Of a stretch of DNA of 64,000 nt, positions 13,191-27,765 are shown piece by piece. Numbering within the stretch: the first letter of the stretch is position 1; the number at the start of each line of letters is the position of its first letter. The stretch spans positions 18,166,001 through 18,230,000 of the forward strand of contig JAQFVV010000005.1 in assembly GCA_028023455.1 (NCBI GenBank), written 5' to 3'. Position numbers and translations under genes: made by a program. The stretch is from Epiperipatus broadwayi (Eukaryota > Animalia > Onychophora). Below the pieces are notes generated by a model. It saw only the letters and a program-made list of their open reading frames with translations, searched no databases and had not been told where the DNA came from.

Positions 13191-14514
13191 AAAAGGGTAT
13201 GTGATGAACAAATTACCATATTAAACATTTTATTGCTTTTTTAAAACTTATTTTTAATGTAGAAAGAATATTTTTTTTGCTTTTGGAAATTAGCACTATA
13301 GAAAATTATCCATGTGTTTTTTCTTTTTATTTTGACTGATGTAATAAAGTATCAATATAATAATAAAATGTAATATCCCATGCAATTTATTTGTTTCATT
13401 TATTAGTGCTATTAAAATTTTAGCAGAGAATCACAATTTATTGCTTTGGGTTTATACAGACTGTTGGAAATTTTAATTTTAAGACTAGGCTTAATTTCTT
13501 TATAAAAAATATACTATAAATGCCAGCAAAAAAAAAAATATAGCAATTTAAAATTAGTATTGATACGTTTTAGTTTTTGTTACAGAAAATAAACTTTTAA
13601 TATAAAATCATAATTTACTTGTTTCTGGAACATACAACTAGTTGTGTGAATTTCAAGCAAATTAAGAATTAATTTCTTTATTAAAATGTATTAATTATAA
13701 AAAAAGGGAGTGTTTTTTGTTTGTTTTTATGATGGCCAAACTTATAGTGATATGACAATAGAAACTAATTTAATTTTTTTGGTTTCATTTTTAAATGAAT
13801 AGAAATATTGAATTGCAAGGTTTTGTTTTTATATTTCAGATACAAGTTGAGAATACACATCTATTGTATATATTCTGTAACATTCAGATCCTAATCTGAT
13901 GTTTTAACAGTTCAACCTTTTCTTTAATGCTTGCATTAACAAACTGTAATCTGTTTATATTTTTGTGATGCCATATTGCCGACCTAAAAAATATATGGAA
14001 AATAAGATTCGAATTCATGCAGTTCTCATGCACTGTATCGTTTAAGTAATGCATACAAACCTGATTAAGCTTTTGTTTCTTTTGTTAGTTTTTCAACTTT
14101 TTATACTCATCTGTTTCTCTTCTGAAATTATATTACAACACTCATTTATGAGGGGCTCTTATTGACTATTTATAAAATGAAAAGTAAAACAGCCTTCAAA
14201 TACATCAATGCAAATTAAAAACATCTCTTAACAATTCTCTAGTAAATAGGGAGGGGGGGGATCACTGCTGCCTAAGTTTGCTAATTTCAGAATGGTCAAA
14301 GTTTTACTATTTCCCCATTCTTATAAGAATAGCCAAAAATGTTTACATGAATTGACTATGGATCTGCTATCTGAAAAAAAAATGCTGGGTCTGAATTTAA
14401 ATCCCAAGTCATGAGTGGATAGATGTACCACCCCTATGACAAAAATAATTTCTATAGTATATATGCTGTGTATAAAACAAAACATTTAAATTTTTCTGAC
14501 AATGGACAGTATAA

Positions 14515-14805
14515 ACAATAAACATCACATGACCACCATCTCTTATGCTTGTGTATAACTTGTTAAAACAGGCAAAACACTATATATATTGCCACACACA
14601 GCAAGCTAGAGTAATCAATGGATGGGTGCAGTGTTCTCAGATCCAAGGCTCCTCACAGATGAAGGCCATAAGCCAGAAACTAGTCTGGGGATATTGGATG
14701 AGTAGGCACTAGATGGGGATTTTATGCACAAGCCTTCTGGCATCCATTGATTACTCTAGCTTGTTGTGTGTGGCAATATATATAGTGAGTTTTGCCTGTT
14801 TTAAC
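14515..14805. mobile_element. Family F3 fold-back copy with hammerhead motif (14650-14691, U4 mutated)
   Basis: Left arm is the reverse complement of the right arm's 3' part. The right arm contains tcctca-CAGATGA-aggccataagcca-GAAA-ctagtc-tgggga. Confidence 0.8.
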
Positions 14806-15639
14806 AACAGTATAAACAGTATATAAACAGACTTAAATCATGTACATCAAGTGAAGACTTCTACATTATCTATCTATAAGTGTTAAAGAAATAAAATGGA
14901 AATATTTTTAAAAATTTTTGGCACAATATTGTTTTTCTTTGAAATAACACTAATTAAAAAAATATTAAACATATTAAATGCCATCGCTCTTTTTCAGTCA
15001 TTTGATATTAGCCATTTATTGTAGAGCACCTGAAAGTATATTGCAAAGAAAAACTACTTCTGCCCTTGGTATACTGGTAAATACACAAATATTTTAATAA
15101 ATAAAATATCTTTATATACAATCAATTAAATAAACATGTATACACATATCCATGCACACTGTGTTATATTATTACAAACAGTTCAACTCCTCTCCTCACT
15201 TTAGAAAATTGTACTTTAGTTGTGCAATCTTTTAGGTCTCTGACAAACTTAGGCTGGTTCAGTAGTTTTTCTCTTTTTTCTGCTAAGATTGTTTTAAAAT
15301 GAGTAAATCCATCATTGGTATAGCTGCTGACTTATTAGAGAGCTTATTCATTTTAACTAAATCAATTTTGTTTAATCGCCTCTCACTCAATAATTCAATG
15401 TCTTATAGCTCTCATGTTGAGTCTACATTTCCATGCTCATTTATTAAATACCCTTTTCATTAAGTATATGATGTATTTTTCTAGTGAATTCATTAGACAT
15501 CTGAACTACTGTTATGTGTTTCAGTATAATCTTCATAATCATTCCAGGAAACCCTTTTGTTTTTCAGAACACCATGTATCCATACAGTCCATACAGTGTT
15601 GCCAACACCAAAATATTCACCCAAACAGCTTTGTTTTGA

Positions 15640-18600
15640 TATGTTCTTGGCAGGCACTAACACTAATATATATGCTCAAAACTTCCAAGACATTAGCAAT
15701 TTATCAAGCATCCTATTAGTAGGAGTAAAGGGGATAAAATTATGGAATCAGTTAAAGTTTCCTTAATATCTTTGTCTGAAGTTTTATTTAACATGGTCTT
15801 TAAGTGCTGCACTGCTTTTTCAGCTAGGTTATTAGATGTAAGTTATTATGCTGGTGTTAATGTATGTTGTGTCCTCTTAGTATCGATACTTTCTTTGAAT
15901 AGTGTGGGCCTGAAAGTGACATTATTAATGGAAACTACAGTTTTGGAATATCTATGGCATGATAATATTTCATTCAAAGCTTTCATAGTATTATCCACAC
16001 TGGTGTTTTTAACAATTTATATTCTGTCCACTAAGAATATAAATCTATAACTATCAGGAAAATATAACCATTAAATGGACTACCATGGTCCAAATGAAGT
16101 CACTGCCATGTTCGAGTAGTTTAGTCCATGATTCTCGAGTTCTCATTGGCAACTTAATGGTATATTGGAACTCTCTACAATATTTAACTGTGCTCAGTAT
16201 CTCAACTCATGTTTGACCACCCTATGTAAAATCATACTAACTTCAATCTTATTATTCCTGGGTGTCCTCTATGAAGTAAAGCTACTATTTGCTTTCTGAC
16301 TTCAGTGAGAATAAGTACATAGTCTGTCATTAAAGTGCAATTATTATATATTGATAGGCTCTTGGGTATGTTCCAAAAGGATTTTAATCACTTGTTAAGC
16401 CAGCTATGCTTAATCCATTTTCATTTGATAGCAGCATCTCTTTTAATCCAGTTTGCAATTACAGTGTTATTTAGTGCCTTTTACTTTCACATTCAGTAAT
16501 CTTGACAATGCATTAGCATGACTACTTTTTTTTAACAGGTTTATACATCAAATCATTTTGCAGACAATATACTAATCTGGCAGATCATTCTTTGATGGGC
16601 ATGTTCTGGTTTTCTTCACATTTCCAAGTATATGCATTAATGGATGGTGATCTGTATAAATTTTAAACTTGTATCCATAAATATACTAGTAGAACTTTTC
16701 ATGGTATATACTATCGCTAAATCTTCTTTATTAAAGTGATTATAATTTTTCTCTGCAGGAGTCAATGTTCAGAAGGCATAAGCTATAGAGCTTCACCTCA
16801 ATAACAGCCATGTGATTTTCCCACCCCTATATTATATTCTGAGGTATCAGTTGTAACAATAACTTCCTGTTCATTATGATAATGAATAAATAATTGGTTG
16901 GAAGTCAATAGATTCTTGACTATGTTGAAAGCAGTTTCAGGCTCTGCATTCCATTTCCACATGCTACTGGCAAGGAACATGCATTTTGACTAAACTCTCA
17001 AAAAAAATTGAGCAGGCCTAGGAATACCTGCAAATCTTTGAAATTCTTTAGTTTTATGGTATTTTCTTACTGTTTTCACTTTAACCAAGTTAGGGTACTT
17101 TTCCTTAGCATCAATAACATGTCCTAGGAACTTAATTTCAACAGTGCACCAATTGCACTTAAGAAGATTTAATATCACACCAATTTTATCCAGCTTTGTG
17201 CAGACTTTATAATATGTGTGCTGATAATGCACTTTTTACCCCCACAATTATTAAAGTATCGACAAGGTAAGGAATAACATCTTCCATACCCTGAATCATT
17301 CTGCTCATTTTGGCCTAAAATAGATTTGGTGCATTTGTGATTCCATAAGGTAATTTATTGTGCTTGAATAACATTAGGTCAGTTTATATAATCAGTAATT
17401 TGGCTGTTCTAATGGAGACTTCACATCAATCTTAGTGAAATATTTTGCATTCTGTAACAATGCTATTATCTCCTGCACATTCAGTGTTGGATAATCTCTC
17501 TTATTAATGTACTTCTTTAATGCTATTCCATAATCTCCACATAGATGGATAGTGCCATCTGGTTTAGAAATAATCACAATTAGAGTCACCGAAGACAATC
17601 GTTCTATTGAAATTAATACATTTCTTTTAACCAGCTTGTGGACTGTTTCTTCCACTTTTGATGTTAACCCAAAAGACCTTATTTAGTCTACAAGTAATAG
17701 TGCATATCTTTTACCATTCCTATATGGACTGGCCCTATTTTTAGCTCTGCTAGTCTTGACTTAAGTTACTATGGGTATTTAACTCAGACCTCAGACTCTA
17801 ATTGTCTTTTTTTAAAATTATGTCAATCCCAATTCCCAATGCTTTAAATCAGTTCCTTCTTAGAAAAGGAGTCAGGTTATATTTCAAGCTATAAAGAAGT
17901 AACTCCCTTACTCTATACTTTAGCTTGACAGATATTATTACTTTCCAGAATTACCTCCTCCATATTATCATTCATTTCAAGGGCTCTCACAAGAGTTTTT
18001 TCAAGAATAACTCTTTTGCATTTTCCAATTATTTTTGGCCAATCCTGCTCTGAGATTCAGGATGATCATAAACTGCTATTAATCTCCATATTGATTTTTG
18101 TTCATATATATGTATATTAAGCACAATATGACTGTTGTTCATTTCATTTATTTTTTTAACATCCATTTTTCTTAGCATCTCCTCTCTATGATTTAGTGTC
18201 TGCACATAAATATATTTTACTATTGTTATCCTTCATGGGATAGACATATGATAAGTGTCCAGTTTTGCCTCATGTAGAACATTTTTCACACTCAAACCTA
18301 TAGTTATTCTTAAGATGAGCTTTTGTTTACAACAGTAACCTATAAATGCCTTCATTGAATTTTGACAATTTGTAGCTTCAACTTTGATTTTATTTATTGT
18401 CATTGAAAATGTTGACATGCCTTTAAAGTGTTGAAACACTGCAGCATTTTTGATAATTACTTGATGGGCTGTGCATTTTTCAACTGCCTGTTTACATGTT
18501 GATTCATCCAGAAGAACTTACCTTAACTCATTGTCAATCATTCCCGATAACAATTGATCGAGGATCATGTCATCAGACACAATGTTATTAGAATTGCAAT

Positions 18601-18900
18601 CATCAGTTGTTCATAATGCTTTATCATAATATATTTCTCACATGGTGCTTGTCTCCTATTTTTAAATATTGGTATTTTTCAGGTGGTGCTTGGCTCCTAT
18701 TTCTAAATCTCAATCTGCCACCAATTTCGATATTGTGGGTTGAAAATATGTGCTCAATTTATCTTTTAATTCAAGAATTCTACTTCTTATGGAGATTTTG
18801 GTTCGCAAAATCAATTTGTGATTTGCAACATCTCCTTGCCCATCAGCTATCGAAGTGTTTTTACTTTTAACTGGCCATCTTCTACCCTATTCATCAGTTT
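15640..18900 (-). mobile_element. Decayed Ty3/Gypsy LTR retrotransposon internal region (gag, RT, RNase H, integrase)
   Basis: Gag-like MILDQLLSGMIDNELR (about 18560) and a degenerate Zn knuckle (about 18260). RT KPDGTIHLCGDY...AKYFTKIDV (17392-17655) and IKFLGHVID (16990-17232). RNase H VTTDTSEYNIG (16798-16980). Integrase TPA..TSNNLAEKAVQHLK (about 15790-15855). Many stops and frameshifts; LTRs not identified. Confidence 0.85.
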
Positions 18901-20559
18901 ATACCTCTCTGTGTGTTGCACATAAAGACACAATCCACTGCATTGCTGATATCAAATTCACTAGATTATGCTTTAATGCCATTATATGTAGGAATTCAGC
19001 TACTTTCCATTCAAAGTTGGTATCTTTCTTTATCAATTGTTAACTGCTCGAAAGGATTATTGTTTCTACAGATTCAGTTATCAATTGTGGCAATCTACTG
19101 TATATCTAAAGGTATTATTTACAATGCCAGCCAGGTTGCATCATTAATAAAATGAGAAAACATTATCAAATAAAACTTAACAAAGAGTTTATTCATTCAT
19201 AAAATAATATATATATAATCAAATGACACCTAAAGTTCTAATTTTCTCAGATAAGATAATCTCTATTTGTAAAATTATCTCCCATTGGTGGTTATGTGTA
19301 ATAGTATTTGTAAAATTCTCCACCATTGGTGGTTATGTGTAATAGTTTTTATACACACGCATTTTTCAATAGTTCATTTCTGTATTATCTTAACAGAACA
19401 TCTTGTCCGCACACACTTATCTAGAATATCTGCAGTTTATATATCAATCCAGCTTCTACACAATCTAAATAAAATCATACATTTACTAAAATTCAATGCA
19501 GGCTTACAATATATAAATTTTCTATAGTGTACTTAGTGAAGAATAATTTATTCATGTGCTATGCGGTGGTAATTTTAATAAATAAAATATCTTTATTTAT
19601 ATCAGCATATGTTGCATTATATTATCACAAATAGTTCTATAATAAAATTCATTTTTCAGCTACAAAAGTATAAACTCAATAAACATATGGGATACTCAGC
19701 GGAATCATAAAGCAGATGCAAATTAAACAATAATGAAATTTAATTATCACCCATACTTTTGATAGATCCAGAAAATCCAGTATTGGTAATAAATGAATAT
19801 ATAGCTATTCTAAAATAGAGAGTAAAACAAAAAAAAACGAAAACCAAATCTCTCATCAACCAGTATTTGATTTGTCTGGATATGAGGGTCTGTGTATTTC
19901 TCCTTTATTTCTTAATATTTGAGAAGAGACTTTTGCCTTGAAGTTGGAAGTCTATTAAAAAATTTATTTTATATTTCCCCTTTTAGATTAACAGACAATG
20001 AAAATGACTCAATATCACATCTGCTTTATGTTTGTTTATTTTATTTGATGGATCATCAAGCCCTATGTTATGTATTAATCGAAATACCATCTTCTTGATA
20101 TATAATGAATTTAACTAGCTTCCAAAACTTTTTTTTTATCTCCACAAAGTGGCAGACGTTATTATTTAATTTATCAAATGAACATATTTGCTTACGTACT
20201 AACAACATTAATTAAAAGTAAAATAATTTTTCAAATAAAAGATTTTGATTAATATCACATTTCTATTGTTGCGCATAAAGACTGTTCAATCTTCTGTTAA
20301 AAATTCCGTTATGACTGCCCTCTGTGATTTAAAAAAGAAATCATTTATCTACCACTAAACTTTATATTCAAAAAATAAGAGGTGTTGAGCCAGTTCTATA
20401 TGAGAACAGACTACTATAGAATTAACCACTTTTTTTTAAAGATATTTTTTTCACTCTATATCCTTGATTTACTTACTAAACATTAAAAAAAAAAAGCACA
20501 TAAATTCTTTTAAAAAACACATAAAGAAATAATAAAGTCGAATCTCTCAATAAATAATA

Positions 20560-21200
20560 TATATCACCGCCAACGCGATCTCAATTCCATATGGTAATAA
20601 AATAGTCTGTTTAAAATAAAATGAAAGCATAACTTTGAAATGAAAGCCTACCTTATAGAAAAACGTAATCAAATCCAGGAGCCCAGTGCACAGAGTCCCG
20701 CAGTCCATAATATTGAATGAAAAAAAGCCGCACATTTATATTTTTTTGCTTTGTATACAACACAAATTTGATGTGAAAGGTATCCACTGACCTTTCCTGA
20801 GCCATCTTCCAGCTATAAAAATTTACAACACCTGTAATTACGGTGTTCAGGTGTAAACATGATGAATGCGTGATGAGGATGCTGTTAAGTTTGAAGCTGA
20901 TGGAACTGTTAAGTTTTATATATATACAAAACAATTTTTGCTCTTTTACCAGGTTGCTCCGCTTGAATTATTTTTCCTAATGAAAATCATGTCAAGTTCT
21001 TTCTAATGAATGAAAGATGAGAAAATTACAGGTAGATTGCAGGTATATTACAAAGAAAGGGAAGGATAAGAGTCGAATAAATCGCAAGACCAATGAAATT
21101 CACAGACGTGGGAAGAATATAGCAGCGATGTTAAAATACTAACTATATCTCAACCGAAGACTATTGGTTCTTTTTTTCCCCCTAACATTTTTCTAGTCTT
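20560..21200. promoter_or_regulatory. CpG-enriched patch, candidate promoter or first-exon region
   Basis: Local CpG excess; minus-strand donor-like AAG|GTAGG at about 20652 after MDCGTLCTGLLDLITFFYK; plus-strand AG/GT-bounded segment at about 20953-21031. Confidence 0.3.
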
Positions 21201-21798
21201 TTTCTTTCGCAGCAATACGGAATTATATTTTATTTTTCTTATGATTTACCTGTTGCGTAAATATTTCATTCCCTCCTACAATGATGAATTTTACCTGGGA
21301 ATGCTAGTTATTAATCTAATAATTATGTAATAAAACAATATTTACGTCCCTGGAATCGGAGCAGATTTCACAATAAAAAAAAAAAAAAACGCCTTCAGAG
21401 AAAAACAGATATGTTTCAAAGTAAATGGGCACGCACACACACTGATTGGCCACACATGTGTGTACGTGAGCAATATATATTTCCCTATAAATATCAACTC
21501 ATTATAAATATTTAGGCGTACAAACATGTAAAGATGCATCCATATTTTTATACACACATGCAAGTACGTACGTATATATGTATCTATATAAAGTCAGATA
21601 TAGATAATATTTGCACAGTAAGCATAAATTAATTTTACATTCACGAATAGATATAAATATATAGATATATCCACGCAGCGTGCTAATTGGATCGTATTAT
21701 CGACAATATTATGGTTGGCTGAAATCTTTATAAATATATACATGCAATGCAGATTTTAAAATATTTATACATATAATGCATTAAAATAATACGATGGG

Positions 21799-21992
21799 TA
21801 ATATTCAAATAAATACAACATGGACATTATAACATAATTATATAAGATCGTGATCGCATAATACAATTCTACAAAATTTATATTATAATACTATTAATTA
21901 TTAATTTATATAGTGCGTAATATCCAAATAAATATAACATGGACATTATTACATATTTATATAAGTGTGGGATCTATGATACAATTCTACGC
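21799..21992 (+). repeat. Local direct duplication, about 120-bp period
   Basis: taatattcaaataaatacaacatggacattat...tacaattctac is repeated with substitutions. Confidence 0.75.
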
Positions 21993-23327
21993 GCACGCGA
22001 ATATATAAATCTCATACTATATATCTAATACAATGTACATATACTGTAATGGATATATATATACACACACACAAGCATATTTATTCATACATATAACGTT
22101 TTATATAGATAATCTATTTCTTAGACAATATGATTCAGAGATTAAAATTCGATTTAGATGATTATGCTTACATATCTTTGGTTAGAAAAGATATTGATTC
22201 CGCAGTGGATAAAATGCATGAGTGAAAATTTGGTATATATGAGCATTACATATCTATACGTATACACGTACATATGTATAACGTACCGATATATATGTTA
22301 AAATTAATATAAGCATAGAAAGAAATAGCAAGATAGTGAAGTGCACTCAAATAAATATCTACATTCTCCAATTCCCATATGATATTTACAAGAAACAAAT
22401 ACTTAAAATGATGTCGATTCCATACTGGGAAATTGGTATACGAAGACAACAATTGGTACTTAGTAATACATAAATGAAAACTAAACATTTATGGATAGAA
22501 CAAAATTTTAGCATTCTTATTATAGGAGAATTAAAAACTATCAATATACAAATAGATAGAATCAGCAAATAAGAGAAAATTGTACAAATGAAGTACATTG
22601 AAGTAAAGAAATGAAAATTGCATATGAAACAAAAACTAAAAGCATTTTACTATGTGGATCTGAAAATTTCAGTTCAATTGAGTAGTGATAAATATATTCT
22701 ATAAAATACAGACAAGCTGAAATAATACAATATAAAGAATAGATTAATATAGACAGATAAGATAATAAATAGGATGGATGACAGCAGAAAAAAAAACCAC
22801 TTGTAGGACAATGAACTTCTCTGTTTTCCCTCTTCAGACAGAGAATAAAAAAGGAGAAACATTCATCAGTTTGATCAAATGTCAAGTGATAAAGATTATT
22901 TTCACTGTCTCTTCTAATTTTGCACACTTGCTAAGAATAGTTGGATACTTGTTTATTACCACTAATTGGTTGATCATCTGGTATGGCTACCTGAAAGAAA
23001 AGTATTAACTTGGACTTAAAATATTTCAGATTGTGGATATGGCAAATGAACATTCTAGCTACGACTCCAAGATTATAATAACCAACCTTTATTGGTATTT
23101 CACTTACACTATATTTATAAAATGTTTTTCTAATAATTTGCTATGATTCATAACAACATATTCTTGTTATATATTTATTGACTTTTTTTTATATGTGTGT
23201 GTATGCATGCTACACACATATATATATATGTGTGTTAGTGGATAAACTAATCCACTCTATTATGCAATTTATTACAAAATTTCTTAATATTTCATGTACA
23301 TGTGCATATGCAATATATATATATATA

Positions 23328-26294
23328 CAGGACTTTTTTTGTCATGTAGCATGATGGAATAGCATTCTGGAACCTTTTAAAGTATATTTTTAATGTTTCA
23401 AATGTAATTAGATGAAAAGGGATCACATGTATATAATTACAATCTATATTTATAATTATAAATTTTATTAAACGCCCATTATTATATTAAGTAATAATTT
23501 ACTAAGGCTGTAACCTTAGAAATAAGCATCTGAAAAATACGAAGGTAGGGACCTCTATAAGCTTGTGTTTTAAGACCTATAGAGGTCCCTACCTTCGTAT
23601 TTTTCAGATGCTTATTTCTAAGGTTACAGCCTTAGTAAATTATTAATCTATATTTATATAATTCGAACAAATAAAAAAATATGGTGTTTTATGAATCAGA
23701 TGAAATATGGATGGATTCAAAATTGGTGCTCTCATGTAGTGAGAAGTGGATTCGACCATGACCTCCATTGGTTACTCGTGATCAATGACTGATTCCAGGA
23801 TGCATGTGCAGCCAGGAATGTCTGGTGTTTTTGATTGAATGCACCTACGTAGAGATTGACAATGTGTGGAATATTTAATTTCTTTATTTATACATAAATT
23901 TGACATTATTATTTTTATTTTATTTATTTTTTAGTGTAAAAGTTTATCCTAAGTTTAAAAATGAAAAGCATTTCCAGTTACTTTTCAACCATCAGTCTCA
24001 TTAATGAAAAGTCCAAAACGATGATAGAAAATATGGGAATTTGGTGCAAGTTGTTCCTGAATTATCTCAAGCGGATTTTGAGGTGCAATGCCGAACTCAA
24101 AATGATTGGCTAGATTGCTGGTCATTTGATCAAAAAAATAATTTTTGCTCATAAATACACAAAATAAAACTTGGCTGCACAACTTGCAGAAATGTTAGAA
24201 CTCTTTGAACTGAAGTGACTACGGGAATGGAAATTTCCAAAAAATGGTTCAACAATGAAATTACCTATTCCAGGAAAGATAGGAAATTACAATTGATCTC
24301 ACTTTGAAAAAGAAATTTGATCACAGAGAGTCTGATGCACACACAGTACCATTAAAAATTATGTTTAAAGCCGAAAAAAAAGAAGATTGAAAATATTTTT
24401 TTTAAAAATTATTATCTCAGCAAAAAATTTTCAAACTGCATATAAAGTGGCAAAAGAAAATCAATTATTCTCTATTTTTAAAGGTGAAATTGATTTGCAA
24501 GAACTGAATGGAATTGAAATGGTCATATTATTAATTCAATATCATCAATCATTTAAGTGATGAAATGAGAAAAAATGTATTTAAAGAAATTATTCAATCG
24601 AAAAATATAATTTCATTGATAATTGGTGAATCAACTACCATAAGCAAAAAAAAACAGCCTTATTGTGTTTGTTTGATGCTGTATCGAAAGTGTTGAAATG
24701 AATTCACAGATTAATTTATTTTTAGACTTGATTGAACTTAAAAATGTTATGGCAAAAAGAATATTTGAATCCTTACTCCAATATCTTGAATTTTATGGCA
24801 TGACAGAAGATTATTTAAAAAAATATTTAATTTCGGTAGCATACAATGGTGCTGTTGTGATGTTAGGATGTAAAAGTGGAGTGAAATAATTACTGATATA
24901 AAAATTTCCTTCCATTATAGTTTGGAATTGTGCTTATCATAGATTACAATTACCCGTAAAGGATGTTGTAAAGAAAATTTCAGGAATCAACAGATTCAAA
25001 TCATTTATTAATAACCTTTATGATTTATACCATGTGTTGCCGAAAAATAATAGAGTTACATAAATGTGCAGAATCACTAGGCATTGAGTTCCTAAAAATT
25101 GGAAGAGTTTCAAAAGTACTAGGTGGGTGGGTATCTAGTTTTCATTCAGTTGTCTATGTGGAATAATTTTGAATCTCTTGTGATAATTTTGAACAATAAA
25201 TGATCATACAAGAGATAAAAATGATAAATGTAATTACAATGGCTTAAAGAAAAAACATATCTACAACTTGGATCTAGCATTGTTGTCCAATGATTTCCAA
25301 GAATTGTTAGAAGTAAATTTGGATTTACAAGACTGCAATGTGAACCTTTACATTGCAAATTGAAAAATAAATGATTCAAGTTTTTGAAGAAAGGAACAAG
25401 AATTTTGGTCCTTTTTATAAATGTGCTGCTGTACCCGATCTGCATTTTTGTGGAGTTTCACTTCATGCAAAAGTTTACCTGAAAACATTTTTTAACATGT
25501 TCCCAAAGAGTCAATTGAAAAAAGGATGCTAGATAGCAAAGATGTTGAGTTTGCACTTTGGGCTCACATACTTCACCAAAAATATTGGTCTGAAGATATT
25601 GGTATTCAGTTGACATTTGAAGAAATCCAAATTAGAAACATATTAATCAGACTACAACTAAACAAAAGAGAAATGATTTGTGGATTTTGTGAATACATTC
25701 TTGAAAAGATATATATTGAAAAACTATTGTGTTTGACATATGCTCTGAATTCTATTCTCATTTCTTCAAGTGAATTCAAATGCAAGCTTTTGCAAATGAA
25801 TCTAATTATTACCCCCAATAAAATCTTCATTGAAGATCAAAACAGTTTTGGCACTTTTGTTCATTAAATTCGTCGGACTACCTTTGAGACTTTTCGATCC
25901 TTCAAAATACGTTAATCTGTAGATACCCAGAAGACATCATTCAGCCATATCCACTAACACTAAGAAAATGAATTGAGACAAATTGTCAGATCAGAACTGG
26001 ACAAAACTTTGGAAATCATTATAAACTTTTATTCAATTATACAAAGTTTTACAATTTCAGTTTACATTTAGTTATCAGTTGTATATTTGTATTTGTTTAT
26101 TTAACTTTAGATTTGATATGTCTAAAATAAAAAAATTATGATAAATTTTATTTAATTTTTTTATTTGCTTCATAGTATTGGAAAAGCTGCTTTAAATTTC
26201 AGTTAAATGATACGTGAATATAATTTTCTTTAGTAAAGAGCTTGACAAGAAGTGAATTCCGGCATTTTTTTTTTTTTACTAAAAAAAGGCTCTG
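23328..26294 (+). mobile_element. Decayed hAT DNA transposon with KIAA1586-like transposase
   Basis: TIR-like ends CAGGACTTTTTTT and reverse complement CAGAGCCTTTTTTT, both abutting (TA)n. Fragments LFLDLIELK...VAYNGAVVMLGCKSGV (24698-24889), WNCAYHRLQL (C..H motif, about 24920) and TRWV (about 25118). Many stops. Confidence 0.8.
23493..23644. repeat. Family F1 perfect fold-back nested in the hAT element
   Basis: aataatttactaaggctgtaacc...ctctata and its reverse complement lie around a short spacer. Confidence 0.9.
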
Positions 26295-26348
26295 TATATA
26301 TATATATTAAATTAAAAATTTTCACAGACTTACAGGCATTAACATTAC

Positions 26349-26545
26349 ATATAAATGGGAAATTCTATTCAATAATCAAGATAAATATTTCAGCTATGAT
26401 GTAAATAAAAGGACAATCAATTAAAACTGGACGACACAGCTAAAACCACATGGTTTTAGGCTTCTCTTCCAGTTTGGCTTTAGTTACATCATAAATAAAA
26501 TATTTATACTGATTATTACATTGAAATTTCTATTTCCATATATAA
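26349..26545. repeat. Old imperfect fold-back
   Basis: aataatcaagataaatattt...tatgatgtaaataaaag versus ctttagttacatcata...aatatttatactgattatt. Confidence 0.55.
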
Positions 26546-26621
26546 ATTTATATAACCCATTTCATCAGGCATATTAACATATGAATGCAAAATAATTACT
26601 TATATGCAACAAAGTATACAT

Positions 26622-26638
26622 AGATGATGATGATGATG

Positions 26639-26688
<50 letters not shown>

Positions 26689-26697
26689 AATAAATAA
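26622..26697 (+). repeat. Compound microsatellite (GAT)n(AAT)n(AAAT)n
   Basis: Directly visible. Confidence 0.95.
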
Positions 26698-27765
26698 AAC
26701 TATTACATATTAATGGTAAATACTAGTAATAACAATTAAGCATAAATCAAATGACTTTGTTACTTGGGAGTTTGTAAAAAGTTCGGAGGACAGAGGGGAT
26801 ATATCTGGGTATGAACTGTTGGTAACCATATTGTTGTATCAAACTATACAGAGCATTATAATAACTTAGAAATACATTCATTTACTTTTGTAACTATTTA
26901 AATTCGTGAATCTTGGAATATCACATGATAATGTTTACTTCTGGCAAATCAAAAATTTTTAGCAGATGAGAATGGTTGCAAACACAACTAGAAATGCTTT
27001 TAATATTTTCCATTAATGTTCAATAGTTTTATTTCATTCTTACAGTTAATAATATATAATCAGTGCTTTTATTTGGTTTATATATTTATATGTATTTTTG
27101 AACATATTTTTTAGATTTATTCTTGTATTTATTTATTTGTTGTAACTATTTACAGATGTTTCTCAATGATCCAAATAAAATAAAGGCTCAAATGCTTATA
27201 ATTACAACAAACAAGTGATATATTTATATCTTTTACTCATGAAAATCTTTATTATATATATATATATGTGTATATATATATATCAAATCTTTATTATATA
27301 TATATATGTGTGTATATATATATAACAGATAAATGGATGCATCACATTATTTTTTCTTTTTACATAGATTTCATTGAAGTTCTTGGCAATGCAAAGTAAC
27401 AAAAGCTTAATTAACAGTGAAAACTTTTATCTCAATATGCAAAGCATACATTCAATATCTTTGTATTGATATCATAACAATAAAAGAATGAAATTGTGGG
27501 TGAAGGGTGTGATATAAATATCATGTAAAGTGTACTTAAATTGTATGCAAATATGCTTACATAACCCACTTTTTTGATGGGGGAGAGCAGGATCCCTTTT
27601 TGTTTATAATATTATGATTATAAGCAATACGCCAGGCTTCTTTAACATCATTCTTTTCTAAACATACAATGCTGGCTGATGGACTCCTGCTTTCCCCTCT
27701 AAAAAGTGGGTCTTGTAAGCATATCTGCATACAATTTGAATGCAATTCCCATGACATATATATAT

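Noticed and set aside
20660-20700. VHWAPGFDYV (minus, 20653-20934 ORF) resembling VHSPGFDYV at 45.2 kb
   Set aside because: Short match with no surrounding similarity; treated as coincidence.
22246-23000. Hydrophobic minus-strand ORFs resembling a membrane protein
   Set aside because: T-rich DNA yields such peptides by chance; frames are interrupted and no consistent splice model was found.
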